The notes: generated from the letters alone by a model not told the origin. A DNA stretch of 64,000 nt from Candidatus Roizmanbacteria bacterium CG_4_9_14_0_2_um_filter_38_17 (GCA_002788855.1 PFSB01000013.1:21608-85607), one strand, 5' to 3'. Numbered from the stretch's first letter, positions 29,448-38,366 are shown. Program-made: numbers and translations.

Positions 29448-30440
29448 ATGGATAAACAGAAATTAGAAGATATAGCAAAAAAAATAGTAGCAAAGAGTAA
29501 AGGAATTTTAGCAGCAGATGAAAGCTCTGGTACCATTAAAAAAAGATTAGATAGCATTAATGTGGAGTCTACTGAAGATAGCCGCAGAAACTACAGACAA
29601 CTTTTGTTTGAAGCTTCTGGAATTGAGAACTATATTAGCGGTGTGATTCTTTTTGACGAAACAATAAGACAACAAACAGATGCTGGAAAGAAACTGATTG
29701 AGATTTTGAGTGATAAAAACATAATCGCTGGTATTAAAGTAGATATGGGGGCAAAAGATTTAGCTTTCTATCCTGGTGAAAAAATAACTGAGGGTTTAAC
29801 TGGTTTGAGAGAAAGATTAGCTGAATATAGTGAATTGGGAGCTGGTTTTTCCAAATGGAGAGCTGTTATTGAACTGGGAGACGGCATTCCAACCGACGCG
29901 TGTATAGATGCTAATACTCATGCACTAGCAAGATATGCAGCTTTATCACAAGAAGCAGGCATAGTTCCCGTTGTGGAACCAGAGGTTCTAATGACTGGAA
30001 CTCACACAATTGAGGAGCACGCTGAAATAACAAAAAAAACACTACAGATAGTGTTTAAGGAGCTTAATAAGTATAGGGTACATATTCCAGGAATGCTTTT
30101 AAAGCCAAATATGATAGCAACTGGCCTTGATGGAGATATACAGTCGACGTCTCAGGAAGTAGCAGAGGCAACTTTAGCAGTCTTTAAGGAAGTTTTACCA
30201 GATGAATTACCAGGAATAGTATTTTTATCAGGGGGTTTATCTCCGGATAGTGCAACTGCGCATTTGGCAGCAATTAACTCAAGAGGAGATCAGCCATGGG
30301 AATTAAGTTATTCGTTTGGAAGAGCGCTGCAGGGAGAAGCATTAGATGTGTGGCAAGGTAAATCAGAAAATACTGAAGCTGCACAAAAAGCATTAATTGA
30401 GAGAGCAAAAAAAGTGTCTCAGGCACGAGACGGTATTTAG
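29448..30440 (+). CDS. fba: Fructose-bisphosphate aldolase class I
   Basis: ILAADESSGTIKKR Schiff-base-family motif; start taken at MDKQKL since the track ORF starts 27 nt earlier inside fbp. Confidence 0.8.
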   Translation: MDKQKLEDIAKKIVAKSKGILAADESSGTIKKRLDSINVESTEDSRRNYRQLLFEASGIENYISGVILFDETIRQQTDAGKKLIEILSDKNIIAGIKVDMGAKDLAFYPGEKITEGLTGLRERLAEYSELGAGFSKWRAVIELGDGIPTDACIDANTHALARYAALSQEAGIVPVVEPEVLMTGTHTIEEHAEITKKTLQIVFKELNKYRVHIPGMLLKPNMIATGLDGDIQSTSQEVAEATLAVFKEVLPDELPGIVFLSGGLSPDSATAHLAAINSRGDQPWELSYSFGRALQGEALDVWQGKSENTEAAQKALIERAKKVSQARDGI

Positions 30441-30506
30441 GTAGTCTTCTTTTAGAGATAGCTTATTGATTTAGGTGTGGTGCTCTAGTAAAATGAGCTT
30501 ATGTTT

Positions 30507-30556
30507 GGGTCGCTAGCTCGTTTGGCAGATCCGCCAGCTGGCGGACTTTAAGCTAT
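30507..30556 (+). other. 50-nt exact duplicate of the 5' portion of the degenerate tRNA-like element at 30906-31006, ending inside the GIY-YIG start codon
   Basis: Identical to 30906-30955, including the GC hairpin ccgccagctggcgg. Confidence 0.5.
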
Positions 30557-30809
30557 GTTCTATGTATACGTTGCTAGAAACATATCTACAGGTAAGAAGT
30601 ATATTGGTCAAACAATAGATCCTGCCAGTCGTTTAAAAAGGCATAATAAGAGCCTTTCTTCCAAGAAAAGTGGTTACATTTATAAAAACAGGGGACCTTG
30701 GGTGATAGTATACGCGGAAATGTATAAATCTAGAATGGAAGCGGTTACAAGAGAGAAGCAGTTAAAGACTTATAGAGGCAGAGAGTTCATTAAACGTGTT
30801 ATAATTTGA
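30555..30809 (+). CDS. Small GIY-YIG nuclease superfamily protein (UPF0213/YhbQ-like)
   Basis: FYVYV..YIGQT..RLKRHN..E and C-terminal REKQLKTYRG motif; 84 aa. Confidence 0.7.
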   Translation: MFYVYVARNISTGKKYIGQTIDPASRLKRHNKSLSSKKSGYIYKNRGPWVIVYAEMYKSRMEAVTREKQLKTYRGREFIKRVII

Positions 30810-30815
30810 ACTCAA

Positions 30816-30887
30816 TGGGTCGCTAGCTCAATGGCAGAGCAGTAGCCTTTTAAGCTATTGGTTCTGGGTTCGAGTCCCAGGCGACCC
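30816..30887 (+). tRNA. tRNA-Lys (anticodon TTT)
   Basis: Cloverleaf folded by hand: acceptor gggtcgc/gcgaccc, anticodon loop cuUUUaa, T-loop ttcgagt; no encoded CCA. Confidence 0.8.
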
Positions 30888-30905
30888 ACAAATATTGGAG
30901 TTGTG

Positions 30906-31006
30906 GGGTCGCTAGCTCGTTTGGCAGATCCGCCAGCTGGCGGACTTTAAGCTATTGATTCTGGGTTTCCGCCGGTCGGCGGACAGGCGAGTTTTAAGGC
31001 GACCCA
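30906..31006 (+). other. Degenerate tRNA-Lys-derived element carrying two GC-rich hairpin insertions (ccgcc-agct-ggcgg-ac and ccgcc-ggtc-ggcgg-ac) that disrupt the anticodon and T stems
   Basis: Shares acceptor, D-arm, anticodon loop/3' stem and acceptor 3' strand with the adjacent tRNA-Lys; canonical stems cannot be formed. Confidence 0.45.
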
Positions 31007-31022
31007 CAAAAAATGAGTACAT

Positions 31023-31096
31023 GGCGTGTTCGTCTAGTGGCCTAGGACGCTACCCTTTCAAGGTAGAGACCACGGGTTCGAATCCCGTACACGCCA
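31023..31096 (+). tRNA. tRNA-Glu (anticodon TTC)
   Basis: Architecture matches bacterial tRNA-Glu (UC-GUCU-AGUGGCCUAGGAC.., loop cuUUCaa, T-loop ttcgaat). Confidence 0.8.
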
Positions 31097-31103
31097 CAGA
31101 TTC

Positions 31104-31808
31104 TTATTTTTTGTAGGATTTGTTGTAACAATTTTCAGCTTTTGTAAAGCCAGCTAGCTCTGCTTCTTTCTCTGAACAAAACCAGTTTTCACCCAAATCT
31201 AGCTCTACTACAGTGTTATTATATGGTGAGCAACCTGGGAAGTAATATAGCTTTGCACTTGCATTTCTTGAGCTTATATTTCCTTTAATTAAACATCCTT
31301 CTCTTGTTGAGGTTTTTTGAGTACATTTTCCGTGAATTCCAAGTTCTTGATCCTTGGCTACGTTCATTATTTGCCTCAACCTTTTAGCTTCGCTGGTATA
31401 TTCACTATCAACACGAGCATAGCCTTCTTTGACAAGTATCTCGTTTATAAGCTTGCCGTCCTCATAAACCAGTGCTAATTGACGTTGGTTTGAGTCGCGT
31501 CTTTGGTCCATTAGTCTTATACGTTTTCCTTCTACTAGTTCCTCAAGTCTTTGTTTAGCTTTATCACCCAAGCATAGTCCTAGGGCTGGGGTGTCTATGT
31601 CAGCAAGTCTAACTTTAAGCTGTGTATCAAGCATGAATGTGTCTCCATCTATTACATCCTGCACAAGATAACTAGCTTCAAGTTTTGCCTGGTGTAGCTG
31701 GGTATTTAGCAGATAAACTGCTATGTATAAAGGAAGGGTACTTATTCCAAGTAGGATGATAATTTGCTTATATCTTTTATTAAGCATCTCTTTTGTATAG
31801 TATATCAA
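31104..31808 (-). CDS. Secreted/membrane-anchored thermonuclease (staphylococcal nuclease, SNase-like) with a C-terminal Cys-containing domain
   Basis: N-terminal TM; SNase motifs VIDGDTF..VRLADIDTPA; 234 aa. Confidence 0.7.
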   Translation of the reverse strand: MIYYTKEMLNKRYKQIIILLGISTLPLYIAVYLLNTQLHQAKLEASYLVQDVIDGDTFMLDTQLKVRLADIDTPALGLCLGDKAKQRLEELVEGKRIRLMDQRRDSNQRQLALVYEDGKLINEILVKEGYARVDSEYTSEAKRLRQIMNVAKDQELGIHGKCTQKTSTREGCLIKGNISSRNASAKLYYFPGCSPYNNTVVELDLGENWFCSEKEAELAGFTKAENCYNKSYKK

Positions 31809-31878
31809 ATTAAAGTAAAAATTGATGCGACTCTTCTGGGTAGATTGCTACAAAAAAATGGTGGCTGACCCCATTTCT

Positions 31879-32667
31879 CTAATTAAACCTATTTAGGCCG
31901 AGGTCTTTGCTGATAGTAAAGCTTCGCTTAAAATACCAGATACTTGCTGATAACCAGATTATGTTTAGTACGATGCTAGCTAGAATATAATGAACTGGAA
32001 CAAAATGACCATTCAGGATTTCTCGCATAGATTCTAGGATGTATGTTGTGGGGATCATCCAGCTGACTGGTTGAATAAATGTAGGTAGCTTATCTACTGG
32101 GTAGAATATTGCGCTAAGTGGCAGAAGAAAACCTGGTAAAGTCCAGATTACAGTTTGTACTTTTGGTCCCCAGCGGAGCACTATTCCAGCAGAGATAAAT
32201 CCGATACTCCAGCCGGTTATGGAAGCAAGTAGGTAAAAAATTGGTAACCACCAACCCAGCACTAAGACATTAACAGTATAAAGAAAAAGAACGGCTGGGA
32301 TTATGAATGCTAATGTTATGAATGTTTTACCGACTGAGAGCAGGAGGACTGTGATAATCCATTCCAATACCGTAAGTGGGGTAGAGAATATATTTACGAG
32401 GTTATTATTCCATATCTCATCCATGAGATTTCGAGATATTTCTGCTTGGGATCGCCAGATTACATTCCAGAGCACCAGACCTAGAAGTATTGCAACAATT
32501 AGGTTTTGGGTGCCTGAAGTAGATGATAACCACTGACTTGTTACTCCCCAGAGCACAATATCTACCAATGGCCAATAGATCATGTCTGATAGAAGATCAA
32601 AGTCTCTTTTTAGCGGATAAAGGTGTCGAAGAGCTAGTCCTGAGATTCTAGTTAGTGAAATTTTCAT
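31879..32667 (-). CDS. ABC-2 family transporter permease
   Basis: Six predicted TM helices; immediately downstream of the ABC ATPase (1-nt gap). Confidence 0.7.
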   Translation of the reverse strand: MKISLTRISGLALRHLYPLKRDFDLLSDMIYWPLVDIVLWGVTSQWLSSTSGTQNLIVAILLGLVLWNVIWRSQAEISRNLMDEIWNNNLVNIFSTPLTVLEWIITVLLLSVGKTFITLAFIIPAVLFLYTVNVLVLGWWLPIFYLLASITGWSIGFISAGIVLRWGPKVQTVIWTLPGFLLPLSAIFYPVDKLPTFIQPVSWMIPTTYILESMREILNGHFVPVHYILASIVLNIIWLSASIWYFKRSFTISKDLGLNRFN

Positions 32668-32668
32668 G

Positions 32669-33601
32669 TTAGATACTTTTAGCTAAGAAATAATCCTCTA
32701 GTGTTGGCTTATCTATGCTTATCTGGGTATACTGAATTCCAGACTTTGCAAGCTTAGATAGGAATTCAGCGATCTGGGTCTCTTCTAGAGTAATAGCTAC
32801 CTCACGATTGTCTGATTCAATTTCTAACCCTTGTTCCTTTGAAAAATTAATTGTTCTTTTAAGTCCATCTTTAATAACAAGATGCATTTTGCAAGTGGTA
32901 ATGGTTTTAGCAAGATTTTCAGGTGTATCAGTAGCTATTATATTGCCTTGCTTTAAGAAGACAACTCTGGCGCAAAGATCAGTTACTTCTTCCATGTTGT
33001 GTGAAGTGTAGATTATACTCGTTCTAAATTCTTCCTGTTGCTTCCTAATAAAAAGCCTAACTTGATGAGCTATGTCTGGGTCAAGGGAGGCAGTTGGTTC
33101 ATCTAGGAGAACTATTTTGGGATGTGGAATAAAAGCTTTTGCCAACATAATACGAGTAATTTGCCCAGCAGATAATTGATTCATGGTTTTGTTTTTTTGA
33201 TTAAGAACTCCAAAGAACTTGAGGAAGCGTGTAGTGCGGTCATTAAATGTTGCTCCTGTTACTCCAAAAAGCCTGCCATAAACTTTAAGATTTTCCCAAA
33301 CGGATAATCTCCAGGGGAAGCTAATATATGTACTAGCGAAGGTGACAGACTGGAGAATTTCACTGCGGCTTTGTGCAAAATCCTTGTCAAAATAACTAAT
33401 TTCCCCACTGGTAGGAGTAAGTACACCTAATAACATTGCAATTGTGGTAGACTTGCCGGCTCCATTTGGTCCAAGCAATCCTAATATCTCACCATCTTGG
33501 AGCGAGAAACTAATTTTATTAACTGCACAGAAAGGTTTGCCTTTTTTTTCAGTAGGCTTGTACACTTTTGTCAGATTTTGGACATTAAGTACGTTTTGCA
33601 T
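32669..33601 (-). CDS. ABC transporter ATP-binding protein
   Basis: Walker A GPNGAGKST, signature LSAGQ, Walker B LLDEPTASLD. Confidence 0.85.
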   Translation of the reverse strand: MQNVLNVQNLTKVYKPTEKKGKPFCAVNKISFSLQDGEILGLLGPNGAGKSTTIAMLLGVLTPTSGEISYFDKDFAQSRSEILQSVTFASTYISFPWRLSVWENLKVYGRLFGVTGATFNDRTTRFLKFFGVLNQKNKTMNQLSAGQITRIMLAKAFIPHPKIVLLDEPTASLDPDIAHQVRLFIRKQQEEFRTSIIYTSHNMEEVTDLCARVVFLKQGNIIATDTPENLAKTITTCKMHLVIKDGLKRTINFSKEQGLEIESDNREVAITLEETQIAEFLSKLAKSGIQYTQISIDKPTLEDYFLAKSI

Positions 33602-33663
33602 AACAGATAATTATATCATCGGTACCTTGCGTTTGAATAGTAGATAATATCTACGTGGATTTA

Positions 33664-33690
33664 GGAGAGGCCGTAGATATTAAGGTTGGA
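33664..33690. repeat. About 27-bp direct repeat (copy 1) matching 34321-34347 (copy 2, inside the start of the HExxH gene); the two copies flank the pilin gene
   Basis: gagaggccgtagatattaaggttgga vs gaggaagcggtggatattaaggttaga; copy 1 encodes EAVDIKV, a duplicate of the N-terminus of ORF 34313. Confidence 0.45.
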
Positions 33691-33833
33691 GTGTGAAAAA
33701 GTAAGCTGTTAGTTTTCTCCGAACCAGATGACTATTTCTCCCGCTGCGGCACCAAAGCCCAGTCCATTTCCTCTGACAAAGCCTGTGTCTAAGGCTCCGT
33801 CATCAAGAATTTTATCTATCATGATTATAGAAC

Positions 33834-34265
33834 TTACACTGGAATTGCTCCTGTGCTATCTGATGAGTCTGTGCCTGGAGCATCGTCGTCAAAGACAACT
33901 GCACCCTCGAGAATACCGTCACTATCCAGATCATAGCCACCTATCCAGCCGATGTGACCTCCCCAGGTGTGCGCGTCCTGCCACTTTCCTGCATACGGAC
34001 CATCCCAGCCGGCAACACCTATGTCTGTAGTAAATGGATTAAGCGCTGTTGTTAATCGGTAGTCTGGTGGCCATATTCCTGTATCTATTTGGTACCTCAG
34101 AGCCATGTCCCGAATTTCTCTAGCGTGGCTAATTCCTTGAGTTACTCTTCCTCTCTCCATCGCACTAGAGAATACAGCCAGTCCTGCAGCAGCTAGCAGA
34201 CCAATAATAGCTATTACAACCAATAATTCTATTAGCGTAAACCCTCTATGAATAAATCTAGTCAT
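33834..34265 (-). CDS. Type IV pilin / pseudopilin (prepilin N-terminal methylation domain). Start reassigned to MTRFIHRGFTLIELL.
   Basis: Class III signal: short basic leader, G|FTLIELLVVIAIIGLLAA; locally GC-rich compared with neighbours. Confidence 0.7.
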   Translation of the reverse strand: MTRFIHRGFTLIELLVVIAIIGLLAAAGLAVFSSAMERGRVTQGISHAREIRDMALRYQIDTGIWPPDYRLTTALNPFTTDIGVAGWDGPYAGKWQDAHTWGGHIGWIGGYDLDSDGILEGAVVFDDDAPGTDSSDSTGAIPV

Positions 34266-34312
34266 AACTAAATGATAACAGATTGTTATTTGAATAGCAT
34301 ATAATTGCATCA

Positions 34313-34690
34313 ATGGAACTTGAGGAAGCGGTGGATATTAAGGTTAGACTTGAGAATATTATAAAGACTTTGGCAATCGAGTATATTAATCCGGATAGGA
34401 TTTTTTGCTTTAGAAGTCATAAGTCCAAAGCAAATGCTAGAGCGAGAATCTGGAGCATGCCGAGAATCTGGCAGATGGCCCTTAAGATCAAATCCTGCTA
34501 TGTAATAGAGGTTTTATCTGAAAAATTTGACAATATTTCCTATGATGATCAGACAAAAATCCTTATACACGAGTTATTACATATACCTAAAACTTTCTCG
34601 GGAGCACTAAGACCTCATAAGGGCAGATATATGACTGTGGGCCATCGTGAAGTTGATAAATTATATAAGCTGTTCAAGAAAAACTTATGA
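34313..34690 (+). CDS. Small HExxH zinc-metallopeptidase-like protein (SprT/YgjP/ImmA-like minimal fold; family not resolved)
   Basis: HELLH motif (ILIHELLHIP); 125 aa. Confidence 0.35.
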   Translation: MELEEAVDIKVRLENIIKTLAIEYINPDRIFCFRSHKSKANARARIWSMPRIWQMALKIKSCYVIEVLSEKFDNISYDDQTKILIHELLHIPKTFSGALRPHKGRYMTVGHREVDKLYKLFKKNL

Positions 34691-35373
34691 TTAGATTTAT
34701 TCACGGAGATAACCAGTTAGAGTCAAGAAATAGACTTAGTGAGCTGATCCAAGAAGCAGGAAATAAAGAAGTGGTTAAGTTGAGAGAGGTTAATTTAACA
34801 ACTATAAAACAAGCTCTTGAATCTAGTTCTTTGTTTGCTGAGGAAAGAGTTGTTGTAGTTGAGAATATAATTTCAGGAAGAGTTGATAAAAATGTTTTAG
34901 ATTATCTAAAGAAAGGCTTGTTTGAAAGTGACCTTTTTATTTGGGAAGGCAAGAAAATGGACGCCAGAAAGTTAGGATGGGTAAAAAAGAAGGGAAGGTT
35001 AGAAGAATATAGTTACCCAAAAGTGTTATTCAAGCTGGTGGAGGTAGTCGGGGCTGTTAGTAAAGGCGAAGTACTTGAGCTATTTAATGAAACGACTAGT
35101 CGAATGCCTGTTGAGCTTGTGTATTTTATGTTAGTTAGGCAGCTAAGGTTATTATTGCTAATTTCTCATAATGGGGTTGATGCAGCTATTAAGGAAACAG
35201 CAAGTCTACAGAGCTGGATGATAGGTAAGTTTAAAGCTCAGGCAAGTTCGATAGGGCAAGAGAGATTAAAAAAACTATATAAGCAAATTTTATATATTGA
35301 CTACCAGCAGAAAAGTGGTCAAGCAAATTTAAGCTTAAAGCAAACACTTGACATCTGGCTCTCGCAATTGTAA
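34687..35373 (+). CDS. holA: DNA polymerase III delta subunit, short form
   Basis: N-terminus MIRFIHGDNQL and SLFAEERVVVV segment parallel E. coli HolA (MIRLYPEQL.., SLFASRQTLLL); 228 aa. Confidence 0.55.
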   Translation: MIRFIHGDNQLESRNRLSELIQEAGNKEVVKLREVNLTTIKQALESSSLFAEERVVVVENIISGRVDKNVLDYLKKGLFESDLFIWEGKKMDARKLGWVKKKGRLEEYSYPKVLFKLVEVVGAVSKGEVLELFNETTSRMPVELVYFMLVRQLRLLLLISHNGVDAAIKETASLQSWMIGKFKAQASSIGQERLKKLYKQILYIDYQQKSGQANLSLKQTLDIWLSQL

Positions 35374-35389
35374 TATTTTCATACATCAT

Positions 35390-36808
35390 ATGAAAGTACC
35401 AGATAACATCTTTCGTGGATACGATATCCGTGGACTTGCGAATACTGAACTTACCAATGAGAATGTTGTGGCAATTGCCCAAGGCTATGCAACTTATCTG
35501 ATTGGTAGAAGAATTTACGATACTATTCTTGGAAGAGACTGCAGACTATCTAGTCCCAGGATACATGAAATCGTCGTTAGAGAGCTAATAGAGTCAGGAA
35601 TAACAGTTTATGATATTGGAATGACTATTTCCCAGATGACATACTGGGCTAGCTATTATTTCCGAAGCAAGGGTCTAATGATGATTACCGCTTCCCACAA
35701 TCCAAAAGAGTACAACGGCTTTAAGCTAGGAACTGGTTTTTCAGAGACCATGGTTACGGAGGAAATAATTGCTTTTAAAGATATTGTACAAAAAGGAAAA
35801 TTTAAGAAGCTAGATAAAAAAGGTGAACATATAGAGAAAGATGTGTTCAAGGAGTATATGGAGGATTTATTTAGAAGAGTTCCACCGCATACAATTGGTA
35901 AATTTAAAGTAGTCGTGGATTCCTTAAGTGGTAGCACAGGGCCATTTTTACCTGAGATACTCCGGATGGCAGGGTGTGTGGTGGTAGAGAAAAATACAGT
36001 GCCAGATGGAAATTTTCCAACAGGAACACCAGATCCTACTGAAAGTGAGCATTTGGAAAGATTAGCTAAGGATGTTGTTAAAGAAGGAGCAGATTTGGGT
36101 TTTTCATATGATACAGATGGTGACCGAGTAGGGATAGTGGATAATAAGGGTAACCTGTTGTGGAATGATACATTGGTATCTATCTTCGCTCGTGATGTTT
36201 TGGAGTTTATGCCAGGGTCATCAATAGTGTTTAATACGCTTTGCTCAAAACAAGTTTCAGAAGTGATCGTATCTGATGGTGGAAAGCCGGTGATCTGGAT
36301 GACAGGACATTCGTTTATTAAGGCAAAGGTAAGAGAAATTGGGGCGCCATTTGGTGGTGAGCTATCTGGTCACTTTTTCTTTATGGATAACTTCTATGGA
36401 CACGATGATGGAGCGATTGCATCTTTAAGAATATTGGCGTATTTGACTAGGAGAGAGAAATCGTTAGCGGAGGTTGTAGCTGAATTACCCCAGTATATCT
36501 CAAGTCCTGAGATTAAGTTGGGTTTGGCTGATAACATTAAATTTAAGCTAATAGAGAACGAAATCCAACAAGATATTAGGAAGCTCTATCCGGATGCAGA
36601 ATATGTTACTATTGATGGAGTGCGAATGGATACTGAAGATCGGATGCTTATTATTCGCGCATCCCAGAATGGACCATACATAACTATAAAGTTTGAGGCT
36701 AAACACCAGGAAGATTATGACCAAATGAAGACACAAATTGAAACAATGTTAAAGAAATATGACCAAATAAAGTTTGATGAGGGTGTAAACATTCACGCAT
36801 TTATGTAA
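35390..36808 (+). CDS. Phosphoglucomutase/phosphomannomutase family protein (start at MKVPDNIFRGYDIRG)
   Basis: Active-site TASHNPKEYNGFK; four-domain PGM/PMM architecture. Confidence 0.8.
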   Translation: MKVPDNIFRGYDIRGLANTELTNENVVAIAQGYATYLIGRRIYDTILGRDCRLSSPRIHEIVVRELIESGITVYDIGMTISQMTYWASYYFRSKGLMMITASHNPKEYNGFKLGTGFSETMVTEEIIAFKDIVQKGKFKKLDKKGEHIEKDVFKEYMEDLFRRVPPHTIGKFKVVVDSLSGSTGPFLPEILRMAGCVVVEKNTVPDGNFPTGTPDPTESEHLERLAKDVVKEGADLGFSYDTDGDRVGIVDNKGNLLWNDTLVSIFARDVLEFMPGSSIVFNTLCSKQVSEVIVSDGGKPVIWMTGHSFIKAKVREIGAPFGGELSGHFFFMDNFYGHDDGAIASLRILAYLTRREKSLAEVVAELPQYISSPEIKLGLADNIKFKLIENEIQQDIRKLYPDAEYVTIDGVRMDTEDRMLIIRASQNGPYITIKFEAKHQEDYDQMKTQIETMLKKYDQIKFDEGVNIHAFM

Positions 36809-37839
36809 TGAATCTAGAAGAAAGAATAATAAAATACGATAAAGGGAATTCATTTGGATCACTAAAGGAGTTGCCAGACCAGTTTACTCAAACTTGGGAA
36901 GATATTCAAAGCTTAGATTATGGAGATAAATATAGAGATATAGATAATATTGTAATTGCAGGAATGGGAGGATCTGCCTATTGTTTTTATGTTGTCCAGT
37001 CTCTTTTTGGAAATCAGCTAAAGGTTCCTCTTATTTTATCCAACGACTATGGACTACCTAACTTCGTAAATGAGCGCTCACTGGTAATTGCTTCATCTTA
37101 CTCTGGATCTACCGAGGAGACAGTAAGTGGTGCACAGGAAGCTTTAAAAAGAAAAGCAAAACTTACTTTTATTTCAAGTGGTGGCCAGCTTAAAAATATA
37201 TCTTCGACTAATAATTTAACAGGATATTTCTTTGATCCTAAACATAATCCAGCTGGGCAACCTCGAATGGGTCAGGGATATATGCTCCTAGGCACAATTG
37301 GTATTTTATATAAAATGGGACTAATACAAGTAAATGATAAGGATATTAAAGACAGCATTCAGGGACTAAGAGAAAGTATGGCAGACTTATCTAAGCAAGC
37401 GACGGCTTTAGTAGATATGTTTAGACAGCAATATCTTCTTTACATTGGAGCAGAGCACTTAAGTGGCAATATACACATTATGAGAAACCAAACGAATGAA
37501 ACAGCAAAACAATTTGCAATGTATGCTCTGATTCCAGAACTTAACCATCACCTTATGGAAGGACTGTTGTATCCAGAGAAAAATAAGCCATATTTTGTAT
37601 TTTTTAACTCACAACATTATTCAGAGAGAATTAAAAAGCGTTTTTTGCTTACTGATGAAGTTGTAAAAAAGAATAACGCCAGTACTGTGAGTATATCAGT
37701 AGGAGGTGAATCGAAGATAGCTGAATTTATGAGAATGCTTGCATTTGGTGGATATCTGACTTTCTACCAAGCTATGGATTATGGTCTAGATCCGGCTAAA
37801 ATTCCCTGGGTAGACTACTTCAAAGAAAAACTTGCTTGA
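36808..37839 (+). CDS. Bifunctional phosphoglucose/phosphomannose isomerase (SIS-domain PGI/PMI family)
   Basis: SIS motif IVIAGMGGSAY; 343 aa; adjacent to pgm. Confidence 0.7.
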   Translation: MNLEERIIKYDKGNSFGSLKELPDQFTQTWEDIQSLDYGDKYRDIDNIVIAGMGGSAYCFYVVQSLFGNQLKVPLILSNDYGLPNFVNERSLVIASSYSGSTEETVSGAQEALKRKAKLTFISSGGQLKNISSTNNLTGYFFDPKHNPAGQPRMGQGYMLLGTIGILYKMGLIQVNDKDIKDSIQGLRESMADLSKQATALVDMFRQQYLLYIGAEHLSGNIHIMRNQTNETAKQFAMYALIPELNHHLMEGLLYPEKNKPYFVFFNSQHYSERIKKRFLLTDEVVKKNNASTVSISVGGESKIAEFMRMLAFGGYLTFYQAMDYGLDPAKIPWVDYFKEKLA

Positions 37840-37847
37840 GGTCTTTG

Positions 37848-37898
37848 CCTCTTGATCTTACTTAACCCTGTTATAGTGGATACATGACACATTCTCCA
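37848..37898. repeat. Direct repeat copy 1 of the ppsA promoter + first 7 codons (cctcttgatcttacttaaccctgttatagtggatacatgacacattctcca); lacks one ctta unit relative to copy 2 at 38423-38477
   Basis: Read directly; 47/48 identity over the shared part, G->A change in the second codon. Confidence 0.6.
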
Positions 37899-38313
37899 GC
37901 TGATTGATCTTAGTTTAGGAGGAGTTCACCATAGTTGGGAGGAAGATGATCAGAAGTATCCTCATGGAAATATCTTAGACATAGATCCTGAACATAATAG
38001 GATTGAATTTTTGCGTAGACTACCCAAAGTTCTTAATAATGGTGAAGAGGGGAAAGTAGTACAGCTTCTTAGTACAAATTATTATTGTATGAGTAAGTAT
38101 GTAGTAAATAACCACTTCGAAAATAAATATACCAATACAGATGATAGTTTCCATCATTTGTTTGTTAAATTGGGCAAAGTTGATGTGCAGACGGTAGGAG
38201 GTAAAGTTACTGTTAGTGCTGGTCATTCTTATTTTATACCAGCTGCAGCTGGTAGCTATTCACTTGATTGCGGAGGAAAGTTGTCGGAAGTAATCGTTTC
38301 CTATATTAATTAA
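37888..38313 (+). pseudogene. 5'-truncated cupin fragment resembling the C-terminal domain of class I mannose-6-phosphate isomerase (ManA); no start codon
   Basis: Open frame continues upstream of the TTG 'start' to a stop at 37885; motif GHSYFIPAAAGSYSL resembles ManA GESAFIPANES; caught between the two ppsA-5' repeats. Confidence 0.45.
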
Positions 38314-38366
38314 CGTAACCATAAAATAGATTAAGTATGACTTTGGAGCTTGATTGAAAGGTTTTT

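Noticed and set aside
30906-31006. Possible suppressor or unusual functional tRNA (anticodon-loop-like cttTAAg segment)
   Set aside because: The anticodon-stem 5' strand and the T-stem 3' strand are replaced by GC hairpins, so canonical cloverleaf pairing cannot form. The loop in any case reads UUU as in the neighbouring tRNA-Lys. Treated as a degenerate tRNA-derived element.
33728-34030. 100-aa plus-strand ORF in the pilin region
   Set aside because: It lies antisense to the well-supported type IV pilin gene, is Pro/Arg-rich with no motifs, and is produced by the GC-rich composition. Judged spurious.
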